Positions 1 through 14,449 of a stretch of 64,000 bases of DNA are shown here, one piece after another. Position 1 is the stretch's first letter; every line of letters starts with the position of its first letter. The notes beneath the pieces are model-generated. The model did not search any database, had not been told where the DNA came from, and saw only the letters and a list, made by a program, of their open reading frames with translations. The translations under genes were made by a program, and so were the position numbers. Where the stretch lies: assembly GCA_951406725.2 (NCBI GenBank), contig OX597836.1:17174001-17238000 (forward strand), read 5' to 3'. The stretch is from Octopus vulgaris (Eukaryota).

Positions 1-151
1 TTTATCTCGTTACTCAATGTATTTTCTTTTTTTTAAAAATTACTCTAATTGGATATTTTCTTTTTCGACTTATTTGCTACCTCTTGTATCACCACTGTCC
101 ATTACTACACATCCACCTGTTCGTCTGTCCACATTGCTACCTATATAACTG

Positions 152-163
152 TCTCTCTGTCTG

Positions 164-238
<75 letters not shown>

Positions 239-363
239 GTCTGTGTGTCTGTCTGTGTGTCTGTCTGTCAATCTGTCTGTCAGTCTGTCTGTCAGTCTGT
301 CTATCAGTCTGTCTGTCTGTCTGTCTGTCAGTCTGTCTGTGTGTGTGTGTATGTATGTGCACG

Positions 364-436
<73 letters not shown>

Positions 437-437
437 G

Positions 438-509
<72 letters not shown>

Positions 510-578
510 GTTAGCCTGTCTGCTTGTCTGTCTGCCTGCCTGTCTGTCTATCCATTTATCTATTTATCTATCTAGCTG
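152..578. repeat. (TCTA)n/(TCTG)n compound microsatellite
   Basis: Direct read; explains the YLSI/VCLS ORFs. Confidence 0.95.
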
Positions 579-636
579 TCAATCTATGAATCGCTGACGA
601 TGCAATTTAACATTGAAGCGTAAAATAGCAGCAATA

Positions 637-1053
637 ACAACCACACCACCACCACCACCGCCACCACCACCACCACCACCACCACCACTAACGCCGCCAC
701 CGCCGCCGCCACCGCCGCCGCCACCGCCGTCCACCACCACCACCGCCACCGCCGCCGCCACCGCCGTCGCCACCGCCACCGCCACCGCCGTCGCCACCGC
801 CGTCGCCACCGCCGCCACCGCCGTGCCGCCACCACCACCACCACCACCACCACCACCACTACCACCACCTCCACCAAAAAGAAGAAGAAGTAGAAGAAGA
901 AGAAGAAGAAGAAGAAGAAGAGAGGAAGAAGAAGAAGAAGAAGAAGAAGAAGAAGAAGAAGAAGAAGAAGAAGAAGAAGAAGAAGAAGAAGAAGAAGAAG
1001 AAGAAGAAGAAGAAGAACAACAACAACAACAACAACAACAACAGCAACAACAA
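637..1053. repeat. Compound trinucleotide repeat (CCA/CCG)n-(GAA)n-(CAA)n
   Basis: Direct read; produces the poly-P/E/Q ORF 613-1077. Confidence 0.95.
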
Positions 1054-1817
1054 ACCTCTTTAATTCTTTCATTGTAAGTCACACAGTCGGCGACATTTAA
1101 CGACATTTCACCGTAAAGACATCAGATTCACATCTCTTATTTATCCCAACAACCGTTAAAATGTCTTTCAAACATCTATAATCTTGCTCTGGTAAACCGC
1201 TTCAGTTCGAATGGCGCGTTAAGAATCCAATTAACCGGATTGCTATCTAAATGTCCCATCTACGTCATCTATGAAAATCACAAACTTGTAATCTGGAATT
1301 CGGCCTAAGCTGCCTCAGCATTTCACTCGGTTTTGAGTTTTTATCGCTTCATAATTTTTATCGATTTTCTTCTGGGAAAACTGCAGTCAAAGCGGCTACT
1401 TCACAAGTCAAATATGCTCCAAATATATTTGAACTGATCTAAAAGCTTGCTTGTTTCGCAATACGGCTTTGCATACTAAACGCAAATCTTGTTCCAGCCG
1501 CCAGGCCGTTAATACTCTGTCGGTATCTGTTTCCTACCAGTTTCGGTACTGCCCCGTTGCGGACAACACTACTACTGATGCAGCTTGAAATTCGTATATT
1601 AGTTCTTGGGGGGAGCTTCGAATTGAGTTTAGTGTTTTGCACTTTTTGCCTAAAATAGGGGTTCTCAACCATTTTTTGCCTTTGGACCTCTTTGATTCCA
1701 TTTTCATCTCTTTGGAATCTCCAGCCATTTGATGTTTTAAAAAATTCCATTACATTTCTATAATTAAATATTTCTATAATTAAATATTTCTATAATTAAA
1801 TCGGGATCGCGTCTGGA

Positions 1818-2114
1818 TTAATGTGGACTAGCACTGGTTCCATACCAATTTTCGCGACGAGTCCTCTTTACTTTCTGGAAGTTATTATTCGTTTCTAAAA
1901 CAATGCACGCTAAAATCCACCATAAATTTACCTCCGATGGAATTCCTGAGATCTTTATGCGCACTATCCTCCTTCTTAAATACGAATGGTAGAGTACATA
2001 TTTTTCCCACCGATAGGGGGCCACGCAGTGTTTGGTGGCCAGAGCTTCAGACTTGAAGAGCTCTGAAATGTCCACAAACTGTTTTGTCCTCGAGAAATGC
2101 TGAATGTCGGGCAT
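1818..2114 (-). mobile_element. Possible degenerate LINE ORF1 fragment
   Basis: Non-repetitive ORF with RIVRIKISGIPSEV, reminiscent of L1/Tx1-type ORF1 RRM segments; no decisive motif. Confidence 0.25.
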
Positions 2115-2156
2115 TATGTCTTTCAGTTGTTTTTTTTTCTTGTTTCTGTTAATATA

Positions 2157-2272
2157 GGCGCAGGAGTGGCTGTGTGGTAAGTAGCTTGCTTACCAACTAC
2201 ATGGTTCCGGGTTCAGTCCCACTGCGTGGCATCTTGGGCAAGTGCCTTCTGCTATAGCCTCGGCCCGACCAA
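2157..2272 (+). mobile_element. SINE family A, 5' head fragment
   Basis: GGCGCAGGAGTGGCTGTGTGG (A box)...GGTTCAGTCCC (B box)...CTTGGGCAAGTG; matches full copies elsewhere in the window. Confidence 0.85.
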
Positions 2273-2655
2273 ATTTTGGCACAAGGCCAGCAACTTCGAG
2301 GGAAGGAGTAAGTCAATTACATCGACCCCAGTGCTCAACTGGTACTTATTTTATCGACCCCGAAAGAATGAAAGACAAAGTCGACCTCGGTGGAATTTGA
2401 ACTCAGAACGAAGGACAGACAAAATGTCGCTAAGCATTTTACCCGGTGCGTTAACGATTCTGTTAAAGCCCAGAAGTTTCGGAGGAGGGGATAAGTCAAT
2501 TACATTGATCCCAGTGCTCGACTGGTACTTATTTTATTGGCCCTGAAAGGATGAAGGGCAAAGTCAACCTCAGCGGAATTTTAACTCAAAACGTAAAGAC
2601 GGACGAAATACCGCTTAGCATTTTGTCCGGCATGCTAACGATTCTGCCAGCTTCC
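2273..2655 (-). mobile_element. Two adjacent copies of the older SINE B variant (B')
   Basis: Reverse complement of the GAGTTCAAATTCC...GTCGACTTTGCCTTTCATCC...AAGTACCAG body; the left copy ends in the GCTGGCCTTGTGCCAAAA tail. Confidence 0.8.
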
Positions 2656-3112
2656 ACAGAGTTTACCTCTGCCAAATTAATTTACAAGGCTTTAGTCAGC
2701 CCGGGTCTATGGTTGAAGACACTTGCCCAAGATGTCGCACTGTGGGATTGATCCTAAAACCACGTGGTTGTAAAGAGAAGGTCTTAACCACATAGAGAAA
2801 AAGAACAAAAACAAAAACATGAACAAGAACAAGAACAGCATCAACAACAACAACAACAACAACAACAATAAATAAGCCTTAAGACTAATTTTGCCTACAC
2901 ACACACACACGCACACACACACACATATACACAATCACACACATACATTGTTCTGGGAATTTACTACATTTGAAAAAATTTTCAAGCACAGATGCGGCCC
3001 CTACAGGTTATTAGAGGGCTTGCAAACGCGCTTCCGGTTTTAAGAAAATTGTGTGGGGTAAGGGGGGGTACTCTTTCGTTGTTGATTTCGTTGTTGTTTC
3101 TGGTGATGGTGA

Positions 3113-3256
3113 TCTTCTTCTTCTTCTTCTTCTTCTTCTTCTTCTTCTTCTTCTTCTTCTTCTTCGCCCTGACTCCACCCTCACTCTACCTCTGTTCCCA
3201 TTGCCACATTTCTTCTCATCCCCTTCCTCCTCTTCACTTTCCACACAGCCGCTGTT

Positions 3257-3300
<44 letters not shown>

Positions 3301-3526
3301 ACACACCAACATCACGATCAACTCTTTCTTCCACATCCACCCACTCATCTCCTACTCACCGCTGCCGCTTACATCACCACCGCTGCTACCGTCGTCTCCA
3401 CATCCTTCATCATCCTCCTCCTCCTCCTCCTCATCATCATCATCACCATCACCATCACCATCATTATCACCATCATCATCATCATCATCATCACCATCAT
3501 CATCACCATCATCATCACCATCATCA

Positions 3527-3566
<40 letters not shown>

Positions 3567-3638
3567 GTCGTCGTCATCATCATCATCATCATCATCATCA
3601 TCACCATCATCCTCATCATCATCATCATCATCACCACC

Positions 3639-3672
<34 letters not shown>

Positions 3673-3809
3673 TCATCATCACCATCATCATCATCACCAT
3701 CGTCGTCATCATCATCATCATCATCCTCATCATCATCATCATCACCATCATCATCACCATCGTCGTCATCATCATCATCATCATCCTCATCATCATCATC
3801 ATCACCACC

Positions 3810-3858
<49 letters not shown>

Positions 3859-4010
3859 CCATCCTCCTCCTCCTCCTCCTCCTCCTCCTCCTCATCATCA
3901 TCATCATCACCACCACCACCACCACCACCACCACCATCTTCCTCCTCCTCCTCCTCCTCCTCCTCCTCATCATCATCATCATCATCATCATCATCGTCAT
4001 CGTCATCATC
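3113..4010. repeat. (TTC)n and long (CAT/CCT/CCA)n trinucleotide array
   Basis: Direct read; poly-H/S/I/D ORFs. Confidence 0.95.
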
Positions 4011-4393
4011 TCCCAACTCCGGCAGCTTTTTTTTAACCCTTTCCCTAACTCCGTCCGTCCCCTTTTCTATTCTTATGAACCCGTTTTCTCTCCCCCCACC
4101 CCGTCCCCCACCCACCCACCCACCCACACAAATTCTCACTCGCCATTCTAAACCTCCCTGTCCCTGCCCCTGTCCCGCCACTCACCTATATCGCCATTGT
4201 TTTATTCACCTTTTTATTTATTTATTTCCTTATTTTTTATTTTTATTTTTATATATTTATTTTTACTATATTTCCCACCTTCCTATTTTCCCCATTTTTG
4301 TTTCTAAAAATGGCGTTTGTTGTCGCTTATTGGCAATTACTGCTGCTGCTGCTGCTGCTGCTTCTGCTGCTACCCCTGCTGCTATGCTTGTCG

Positions 4394-4428
<35 letters not shown>

Positions 4429-4600
4429 GCTGTCTTTGATGTTGTTATCGTTGTTGTTGACCATTTTTATTTCTCTTTTATTTTCCTTCTTTACATTAAC
4501 CGTGTCTTTTATTCCATCAATTCAACAGGAATCCTTCACCGTTTTCGATGCTTTCGCAGAAATCTTAACACTTTCTTTGTACGCTACTAGCTGCTGGGCA

Positions 4601-5579
4601 GTATGTATGTATGTATGTATGTATGTATGTATGTGTGTGTGTATGTATGTATGTATGTGTGCATGTATGTATGTATGTGTGTATGTATGTGTGTATGTAT
4701 GTGTGTATGTATGTATGTATGTATGTATGTGGGTATGTATGTGTGTATGTATGTATGTATGTATGTATGTATGTATGTGGGTATGTATGTGTGTATGTAT
4801 GTATGTATGTATGTATGTATGTATGTATGAGTGTGTGTTGTGTTTTCTGTATGTGCGTGTGCGTTTGTGTGTGTGTGAATGTGTGTGTTCTGTATGTATG
4901 TGTGTATGTTATGTTTTCCGTTTATATGTGTATGTATGTGTGTGTTGTGTTTTCTGTATGTGTGCGTGTGTGTGTGTTGTGTTTTCTGTATATGTGTGTG
5001 TGCGTGTGCGTTTGTGTGTGTGTGAATGTGTGTGTTCTGTATGTATGTGTGTATGTTATGTTTTCCGTTTATATGTGTATGTATGTGTGTGTTGTGTTTT
5101 CTGTATGTGTGCGTGTGTGTGTGTGTGTGTGTGTTGTGTTTTCTGTATATGTGTGTGTGCGTGTGTGTGTGTGTGTGAATGTGTGTGTTCTGTATGTATG
5201 TGCGTATGTTATGTTTTCCGTTTATATGTGTATGTATGTGTGTGTTGTGTTTTCTGTATGTGTGTGTGTGTGAATGTGTGTGTTGTGTATGTATGTGAGT
5301 ATGTTATGTTTTCCGTTTGTATGTGTATGTATTGTGTGTTCTGTTCTGTATGTGTGTGTTGGGCGTTCTGAGTTGTGCGTGTGTTTGTGTAGTGTGTTCT
5401 GTATGTGCGTGTGTGTATGTCTGCGTGTGTGTGTGTGTGTGTGTGTTTGGGTGTTGTGTGTTGTGGGTGTGTGTATGTTGTGTGTGTATTTATATATGTT
5501 GTGTGTGTGCTTCTGTACGTGTGTATGTATATATGTTAGGTATGTGAATGAGTATGTATGTATGTATGTATGTATATAC

Positions 5580-5610
<31 letters not shown>

Positions 5611-6150
5611 TGTATTTGTGTATGTATGTATGTACGTATGTGTATTCATTTATATCTGTATCTGTATGTATGTATGAATGTGTATTTATGTCCGTATGTA
5701 TGTGTGTCTTGTTTGTGTGAGTGTCTCTATGTATGCATGCATACTTGCATGTAATATTGTATATATGCAGGTGTGCATGTACATGTGTGAATGTATTTGT
5801 GTATGTGTTCAAGTATTGTGTGTGTATGTGGCTATGTATGCATGTTGCGTATGTATATGCATATGTACGTATGTGAGTGTGTATTTATGTATGTGTTCAT
5901 GCATTATGCATACATTTATGTGTGTGTTGTGTGTGTGTGTGTGTATGTGGAGGTGTAACTATGTAAGTGCATCTATGTAAGTAGAGAATGCCTGTATCTA
6001 TATATGTATGTATATATGTGTATGCATGTTTATATGTAGGAATGTATGAATGCGTGTATGTATATTTGCACGCATGTGCATATATGTTTGTGTGTATGCA
6101 CATGTATGTACATATGCATGTATGTGTTTGCTTGCTTGCACATATGCACC
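4601..6150. repeat. (TATG)n/(TG)n degenerate array with three ~150-bp higher-order tandem copies (~4830-5300)
   Basis: TGTTATGTTTTCCGTTTATATG recurs at ~4907, ~5054 and ~5207. Confidence 0.9.
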
Positions 6151-7364
6151 TGTATGCATATTTTTGCTTAAGAATGAAGTTTTATTTTCGCAGGATTCAC
6201 GCCAGCCATGCTAACACAATGAGAAGGCTTCCATGAGGGTATTATAAAATAACAGGCAACGAATTAACGTGTGCACATATATGGTTGCAATTGCATTAAT
6301 ATATGCAGGTGTTCACGTCCCTTTAGTGAACGAGTGTGTTTGTGATTACTTTTGCTAGAGGTACATATTGCCATATTTACTTTCAATGATCATAAACGTA
6401 CACCGATCTGAATGTCTCTAATACAAGTGTAACAGCTACAAAGACTTTTTCTTTGCAAGATTAACGACTACAATCACACCTGTAATTCTATAGGTTACAT
6501 TGTTAATAGTTTGGACCAGTGATTCCCAACGTGGGGCATACGTCTCACCAGCGGGACATGGAAAAATAGTGGTGGGGAGTGGAATTCAAATTACTTTTCT
6601 TTTTTAGTGAAATATGGACTTGTGAAAAGCTTTTCGTCACAGCAAATATACTACACCTATGCTTTTTTGCCCCAACCATTGATGAGGCATACATTTTTCT
6701 CAAAAGTTATAGTGGGGTCTGTAGTCGTTAATGTTGCGAAGAAGTGTCTTTGTATTTGTTACACACGTCTTAGAGAGATTCAGATTAGTGTGTTTATGAT
6801 TATTGAAAGTAAGTATGGTAATATGCATCACTAGCAATGCATATACATATGCATATATGAGTACAGGACGCCAGAGAAAGTAAACAACATGAAATACGAA
6901 AACATGGAATACGAACTTTTCTTTTTGACAACAACGAAAGGAAACAAATGGAAAACAAGACATGCAACATAAAGGGCGGCCCTTCATCGGTTGTCGGCTG
7001 TTTTCCTACTCCATATTTCGAGCAATTCACGATGAGATACGCCTTCGACAAAACAGTTGCTCCCGCAAAGCAAGTTAGATAAAATTTGGGATTTTGCGGA
7101 GGCTCAAAATTGGTAACAAAAACAGGGTAGTGAAAACAAACAAAAAGTGCTGCTAAGCCTAAACGAGGTGAGGTGGCGAACAGTGGAGTAACAAGCTTTG
7201 ACAGGAGACACACATGCACACGTAATATAAATGTGTGCATATATAACAGCTATGCATTATGCTTCATGTACATACATTACGTATGATACATAGATGGCTA
7301 TTTTGATAAATACTGCATTAGTTGCGTATACTGGACCCCCACACGCTCACACACTCACACACAC

Positions 7365-7423
<59 letters not shown>

Positions 7424-7608
7424 AAGTTAATCCAAACATGAAAACACAAAGAGAAAACACAACAACACGAGGACGTGGAACAAATAAAGTATTATTGGAC
7501 GCTCAGGAAGGAAGGGAAGAAGGAGGGTTTTACGTTTCGAGCGGAGCTCTTCATCAAAAACATAGGAAAAGGAAAGATCCAAAGAAGGGAAGACGGAGGA
7601 AAAAAAAA
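7424..7608 (-). mobile_element. Hammerhead-bearing family P2 (Penelope-like non-autonomous), copy 1
   Basis: Near-identical to 29718-29910 and 57325-57535; minus strand reads GTTT-TTGATGA-AGAGCTCCGCTC-GAAAC-GTA-AAAC at 7527-7561; flanked by (TA)n. Confidence 0.7.
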
Positions 7609-8138
7609 TATATATATACATACGTTTATGCATTTATTTTGCAAAATATTTGATGTGAAATCGTGTGTTGAAAAATATATTATATTTAGAGATGATTTAG
7701 AGATGGTGATTTTCTTTTTCTTTTTTTTTCTCTTGCCTATAAATATGCAGTATTTACTTGATTTTCACTTTAGCTTTATCATCATACATCTTTGGTCGCA
7801 TATTCCGCAAAATGGAAAAAAGGGCAGGACAAGACCAGAGAAGTGTAGAGACACGATGTACAGAAAGCCAGTGAAGAGGTCATAGAATGTGTGACGAAAG
7901 AAGTCTGATAAAATAAAGCTAGAGAGAGAAGATCAAATAAATAGTGCATGAGTTTATTGGCCGAAACAAAAAGAAAAGAAAGAAAATCCGCATATATAAC
8001 CGTGTATGGGTGTGTCTGTGTGTCTGTGTGTGTGTATACATACAAAATATATAAGAAATTTTCGTCAACTGACGTAAAATAAGTGGGATGTACTATGAGT
8101 GCTCACTGAGGTTTGCCACTGACACTTCGGCTTGTAAC

Positions 8139-8486
<348 letters not shown>

Positions 8487-8774
8487 ACACACTCTCTATC
8501 TCTCTTTCCCTTTCTCTCACACATGCACTAACACACATATGTGTTTATATGTATGCGTTTATATGTGTTTATATGTATGCGTACTTTTCGTATATGCGTA
8601 CTTTTCGTATGTGTATTTCTTCATTTGCACATGCAGACGCACACAAGCACACACGAATACGCAGAAACACACCGAAACACACAAAATACACTCAGACACA
8701 CACGTAAACGACCATTTTGATGCTTCCTGCTTTATTTTTTTAGCTAACAGTCATCGCTGGTTCTGTATCAATCA

Positions 8775-8888
8775 TTCAATCATTCATTCAATCAATCAAC
8801 CAATCAACCATCCAACCAATCAACCAATCAACCAGCCAACCAACCAACCAACCAACCAACCAACCAACCAACCAACCAACCAATTTAC

Positions 8889-8973
<85 letters not shown>

Positions 8974-9003
8974 AATCTATATATCTGCCTATCTGCCTAT
9001 CTG

Positions 9004-9081
<78 letters not shown>

Positions 9082-9112
9082 AATCAATCAATCTATCTAT
9101 CTGCCTATCTGC

Positions 9113-9189
<77 letters not shown>

Positions 9190-9228
9190 AATCTATCTAT
9201 CTGCCTATCTGCCTATCTGCCTATCTGC

Positions 9229-9298
<70 letters not shown>

Positions 9299-9301
9299 GT
9301 T

Positions 9302-9350
<49 letters not shown>

Positions 9351-9372
9351 GTCTATCTGTCTGTCTATCTAT
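8775..9372. repeat. (CAAT/CAAC)n-(TCTA)n compound microsatellite
   Basis: Direct read. Confidence 0.95.
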
Positions 9373-10062
9373 CTCACAATTAATACAAATGATAAACACG
9401 GATCTCATCGATTTACTGTTATCCACCTCCATCCACCTCCATCCACCTCCATCATCCATCTTCTGTACGGAAAGTGTATCCATGCCATAATCCAGATTGT
9501 AAACACTTCCCTCGAAGCATTTCACCGTTTCATCCAACATGTTCTCACAACAATTGCTTAACCAAGCATCAATTCCTTCAACGAAATGATGGCGATTTAT
9601 TTGGCGATATTGTATTACATATTCCCCAGTCGCGTCCCAAACCTAGAGAAAATATAGATTACACATGTTATTGATTATTTATCAAATTAATCCTGGCTCT
9701 CAATAAATAAGGTACTTAATAAACATACATACATTCATATATACATATATATATGGTGGCTGTCATCTCGTAGTCATGTATAACCGTCACTGGCAAATTA
9801 TTTTAACTTAAGTGTTGAGGACAATGGCTGACAGTGAATGCCTGCACTGGAATTTCAAGTCGATAACAGCTTGCGAAACACCACTAAGACACTCACATAC
9901 GAAGCCAAATTAGTCCAGCAACAAGCAACAGTAAGATCTTCAGATTCGTGGTGAGGCGGACGTTATTTAGGAATTTTCTTATCCTAGATGTCCGATCAAA
10001 GACTCGGGGTTTCTTATTCTCAGTATGTATATATACCTATACGCATACGCACACACGCGCGC

Positions 10063-10190
<128 letters not shown>

Positions 10191-10214
10191 CTCTCTCTCT
10201 CTCACACACACACA

Positions 10215-10263
<49 letters not shown>

Positions 10264-10294
10264 GTCTCTCTGTCTCTGTTGTTCTCTCTCTCTT

Positions 10295-10354
<60 letters not shown>

Positions 10355-10382
10355 AGAAAAAAGCAACAAAAATGGATCAATA

Positions 10383-10471
10383 TTTCGGTACAATTGTTTC
10401 GTACGAAGACAGCTTTATTAAGGCTGCAAATATTGCAGTAAATATAAGTGACCCGTACTCATCAGCCGAAA
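10383..10471 (-). ncRNA. Type-I hammerhead ribozyme motif (mirror copy)
   Basis: Reverse complement of 10880-10968; core and stems intact. Confidence 0.7.
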
Positions 10472-10879
10472 AACCATCTGAGTTCTCCAAACATCTAAGG
10501 GGTGATGTTACGCTCCTGAAACATTAGGGATAGTTCTATAAAAATAAGATTTAGGTAACAAACGGACTTCTAAATGTTCTTTAATGTTGCACAGTCATAA
10601 ACAGGTTTTAAAAAAGTATTTTAAAAACCTCCTAGTTTCCCAGAAAATGAAAATGTAAATCAATCCACTTACTTCAAGTATGGATTGATTTACATTTTCA
10701 TTTTCTGGGAAACTAGGAGGTTTTTAAAATACTTTTTTAAAACCTGTTATATGACTGTGCAACATTAAAGAACATTTAGAAGTCCGTTTGTTACCTAAAT
10801 CTTATTTTTTATAGAACTATCCCTAATGTTTCAGGAGCGTAACATCACCCCCTTAGATGTTTGGAGAACTCAGATGTTT

Positions 10880-10968
10880 TTTCGGCTGATGAGTACGGGT
10901 CACTTATATTTACTGCAATATTTGCAGCCTTAATAAAGCTGTCTATGTACGAAACAATTGTACCGAAA
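10880..10968 (+). ncRNA. Type-I hammerhead ribozyme motif
   Basis: Stem I TTTCGG(10880-85)/CCGAAA(10963-68); core CTGATGA(10886-92); stem II GTAC(10893-96)/GTAC(10947-50); GAAA(10951-54); palindromic stem III ACAATTGT; GUA cleavage triplet 10960-62. Confidence 0.75.
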
Positions 10969-11113
10969 TATTGATCCATTTTTGTTGCTTTTTTCTTGTT
11001 TTATAATCACCCGCATTATCTTATGGTTAATACCATATAGATTTCTGGTGTATCTAAGTTAAGTACCGCATTCATGTGAATTCAACATAACTCACTTGAA
11101 TCTTAATTGCTTT

Positions 11114-11213
<100 letters not shown>

Positions 11214-11376
11214 CGTGAAGTATATTTTCCACCTAAATGTGACTGACCCATATGGGACGATGCTACTGTAGTTTATAGCCCCAGAACGACATCTCCTCCA
11301 GCTGGCTAACGACACACTGTCTGTGCCCGATCAGTATTTGCAAAGGAAAATTATCATTCCCGTCTCATGTGACAAT

Positions 11377-11418
11377 CACCGCTGATGACGGGCTGCTACT
11401 CAGAAACCCGGGTTCGTG
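11377..11418 (+). ncRNA. Minimal hammerhead motif (family P3)
   Basis: CACCG-CTGATGA-CGGG ctgcta CTCA-GAAAC-CCGG-GTT-CGTG; palindromic ACCCGGGT stem III; stems I and II imperfect. Confidence 0.5.
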
Positions 11419-11593
11419 CGTATCACGTAAGGCTAGAGACACTATTCACTACACTGGCGCTTACGTTCAGCATGCAAAATACGTGTGTCTTCAATGGTGC
11501 CTACACCGTGTATTCGTTCCCTCCATTGGTGGCGACGACAAGCATTGCTTTCCCCGTTGAGCTTCCATACCTCACATGCCTTCAACGAGGAAT

Positions 11594-11990
11594 TTATATA
11601 CAATCTTTAAACCGTAGTCTTGGTTTCTTATAGAGGCACTTTCCAGAAACAAGTTCAACATAGAGCATCTGTTTTTTAATCCCCTGATCATTCATCCGAA
11701 CAAGGTGTCCGATCCAGTGTAATCGGATTTTGTGCACCATCGCCTCAATGCTCAAGATGGCGGCTCCTGTCAAGCCCCTCCCCCACGTCCAAAAGGACCA
11801 GCCAATACTCCGAATGTGTCTCAGACGTCTCAGATGCAAAATGTTCAAGGGCGCGTACATGAAGCCTGTAAAGGGTCCATGTCTCACATGAGTAAAGGAG
11901 CGACGTCAGAAAACACTCTTTTGTTCGGCTTGTGATGCTGTGTTGGGATCAGATACGAGACTCAAAAGTTCAGACGGAATCCCTTCTCCT
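11594..11990 (-). mobile_element. RTE-clade LINE, RT C-terminal fragment
   Basis: RLHWIGHLVRMNDQGIKKQMLYVELVSGK..KKPRLRFKDCI, typical RTE C-terminal signature. Confidence 0.85.
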
Positions 11991-11993
11991 CTC

Positions 11994-12104
<111 letters not shown>

Positions 12105-12398
12105 GTAAATGTGTGAATATGAATACGCATATGCATATGTATATAAGTAGGTATATACTATAAACATGCATGTATATTGATAGATCGTTACGTACATCGC
12201 AAAGGCATAGACGTATATATACACATAAATATAGATGCGAAAACAGACACATATATACTCCTTCATCTCGTGCGCATATCCATACGCACATGAACTCACA
12301 TCCAACATACACACATAGACACACGCACTCAAATGTATGTATGTGTGTATTTTATATATGTATATGTTTATATATATGTATATGTATATATATATATG

Positions 12399-12448
<50 letters not shown>

Positions 12449-12459
12449 GTATAAATATG

Positions 12460-12531
<72 letters not shown>

Positions 12532-12768
12532 TGTGTGTGTGTGTGTATTTTATTGTCTGCTCACCAAAATGAACAATCTTATCGATAATGGCGAAATTAT
12601 GATGATTGGTGGTTGGTAACTGACGAGGGGTGAGCATAAAAATGTCTTGCATATGTTTTTTCTGTGGAATTTTTTCTCTTTTTCTCTATCTCTCTCGTTC
12701 TCTCTCTTTCCCCCTCTCTCACCATATATATATATGTGTATATATGTATATATGTATATGTATATGTA

Positions 12769-12911
<143 letters not shown>

Positions 12912-13051
12912 GTAACAAATGAGAGAAATAGAAAATGGAATTCACGAGATCTTTTATTAATTACATGTATCTATTTGTTTATATATATATTTATATGTAT
13001 GTATACACGTATATATATGTGTGTGTATATATAGATGTATACACACACACA

Positions 13052-13113
<62 letters not shown>

Positions 13114-13289
13114 CATGTACAAGCACACACACACATACCCACTCACACGCACATACGCATACACACACATAAGATGTATTCAAAAACTTATCCATAATGG
13201 ATCGTCCCGTCGATTTCGAATTTTTTTTTCCTTTTGTTTCGTTTCAGTTCTGATGGCTATGCCTTTTATGAGACTATAAACCAACCACT

Positions 13290-13660
13290 GCCGAGGTCAA
13301 CTTTGCCTTTCATCCTCTCGCGATCGATAAAATATGTGGCAACTTAGTACCGGGGTCGATGTAATCGATTTGGTCTTCGCCACCCGCCAACATTACTAAC
13401 CTTGTGCTAAAATTTGAAACCATTAAAATAATGAAAGGCAACGAGATAGTAGACTCATTACTGCATCGGCGGACAAAATTTCCTTGCAGTATTTCTTCTG
13501 GGTATTTACGTTCTGAGTTCAAATAGGGTCGAGGTCAGCTTTGACTTTCATCCTTGCGGTATCGATAAAATCAAGCTTCCGGCCAGTACTGGAGTTGATG
13601 ATATCGACCGGTCCCCTTCTCTCAAAATTGCTGGCTTTGTGTCTCAATCAGACACCATCA
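13290..13660 (+). mobile_element. Two degenerate SINE B' copies
   Basis: GCCGAGGTCAACTTTGCCTTTCATCC and TTACGTTCTGAGTTCAAA...GCTGGCTTTGTG matches. Confidence 0.7.
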
Positions 13661-14135
13661 GTATAATGAATGAGAGAAAGGAGAGAGGGACTAGGAGAGT
13701 AAGAGGGAAGGAGGGGACAGTAAGATGGAGGGAATGAGAGTGTGAGGGAGCGAGAGAGGAAGGGAAAGGAGATCGTATCTACATTAATGCCAAGGATCTC
13801 GGCACGTTTATATATTGTGAGAGAGAGAGAGAGAGAAGGGGAGAGAAGGAGAGAGGGGGAGAGAGAGAGAAAATAGTGAGAGGAAGAGAGAAAGGGAGCG
13901 AGAGAGGAAAAAGAGAAAGAAAGAGAGCGAGAGGTAGAGAGAAAGAGGGAGAGAGAGACAGGAAGAGAGAGAGAGAGAGAGAGGGAGAGAAGGGGAGAGA
14001 AAGAGAGAGAGAAAATAGTGAGAGGAAGAGAGAAAGGGAGCGAGAGAGGAGAAAGAAAGAGAAAGAGAGCGAGAGGTAGAGAGAAAGAAACAAGAGGGAG
14101 AGACAGGAAGAGAGAGAGAGAGAGAGGGGGGAGAC

Positions 14136-14170
<35 letters not shown>

Positions 14171-14449
14171 GGGAGAGAGAGAAAATAATGAGAAGGGGCG
14201 AGAAAGGGAACGAGAGAGGAGAAAGAGAGAGAAAAAGAGTGAGAAGTAGAAAGAAAGAGAGAGAAAGAAACAGGAGAGAGAGATAGACAGGAAGAAAGAG
14301 AGAGAGAGAGATACAGAGAGGAGAGAAAAGGAGAGAGAGAGGGAGAGGGAACGAGAGTGTGTTTGCGAATGGTGTCTGAATGATCCTTTATTGATAAATT
14401 TTCGCTGGAGTATTATTTTTTCCTTATAAATTAAAGAATTTAAAAGTCA

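Noticed and set aside
613-1077. Poly-P/E/Q ORF (and similar ORFs at 2992-4590, 3051-4151, 49148-50174)
   Set aside because: Open in several frames and on both strands because they are trinucleotide microsatellites; no domain or splice support
1657-1700. hAT-like TIR start AGGGGTTCTCAACC (also CAGTGATTCCCAAC at ~6517)
   Set aside because: No matching second TIR or TSD found by eye
4298-6236. Cys/Val/Tyr-rich or His/Thr-rich ORFs here and throughout the window
   Set aside because: Translations of (TG), (TATG), (CA) and (TA) repeats
6965-7010. Minus-strand CCGATGA-AGGG..CCCT motif
   Set aside because: No downstream GAAA or stem III
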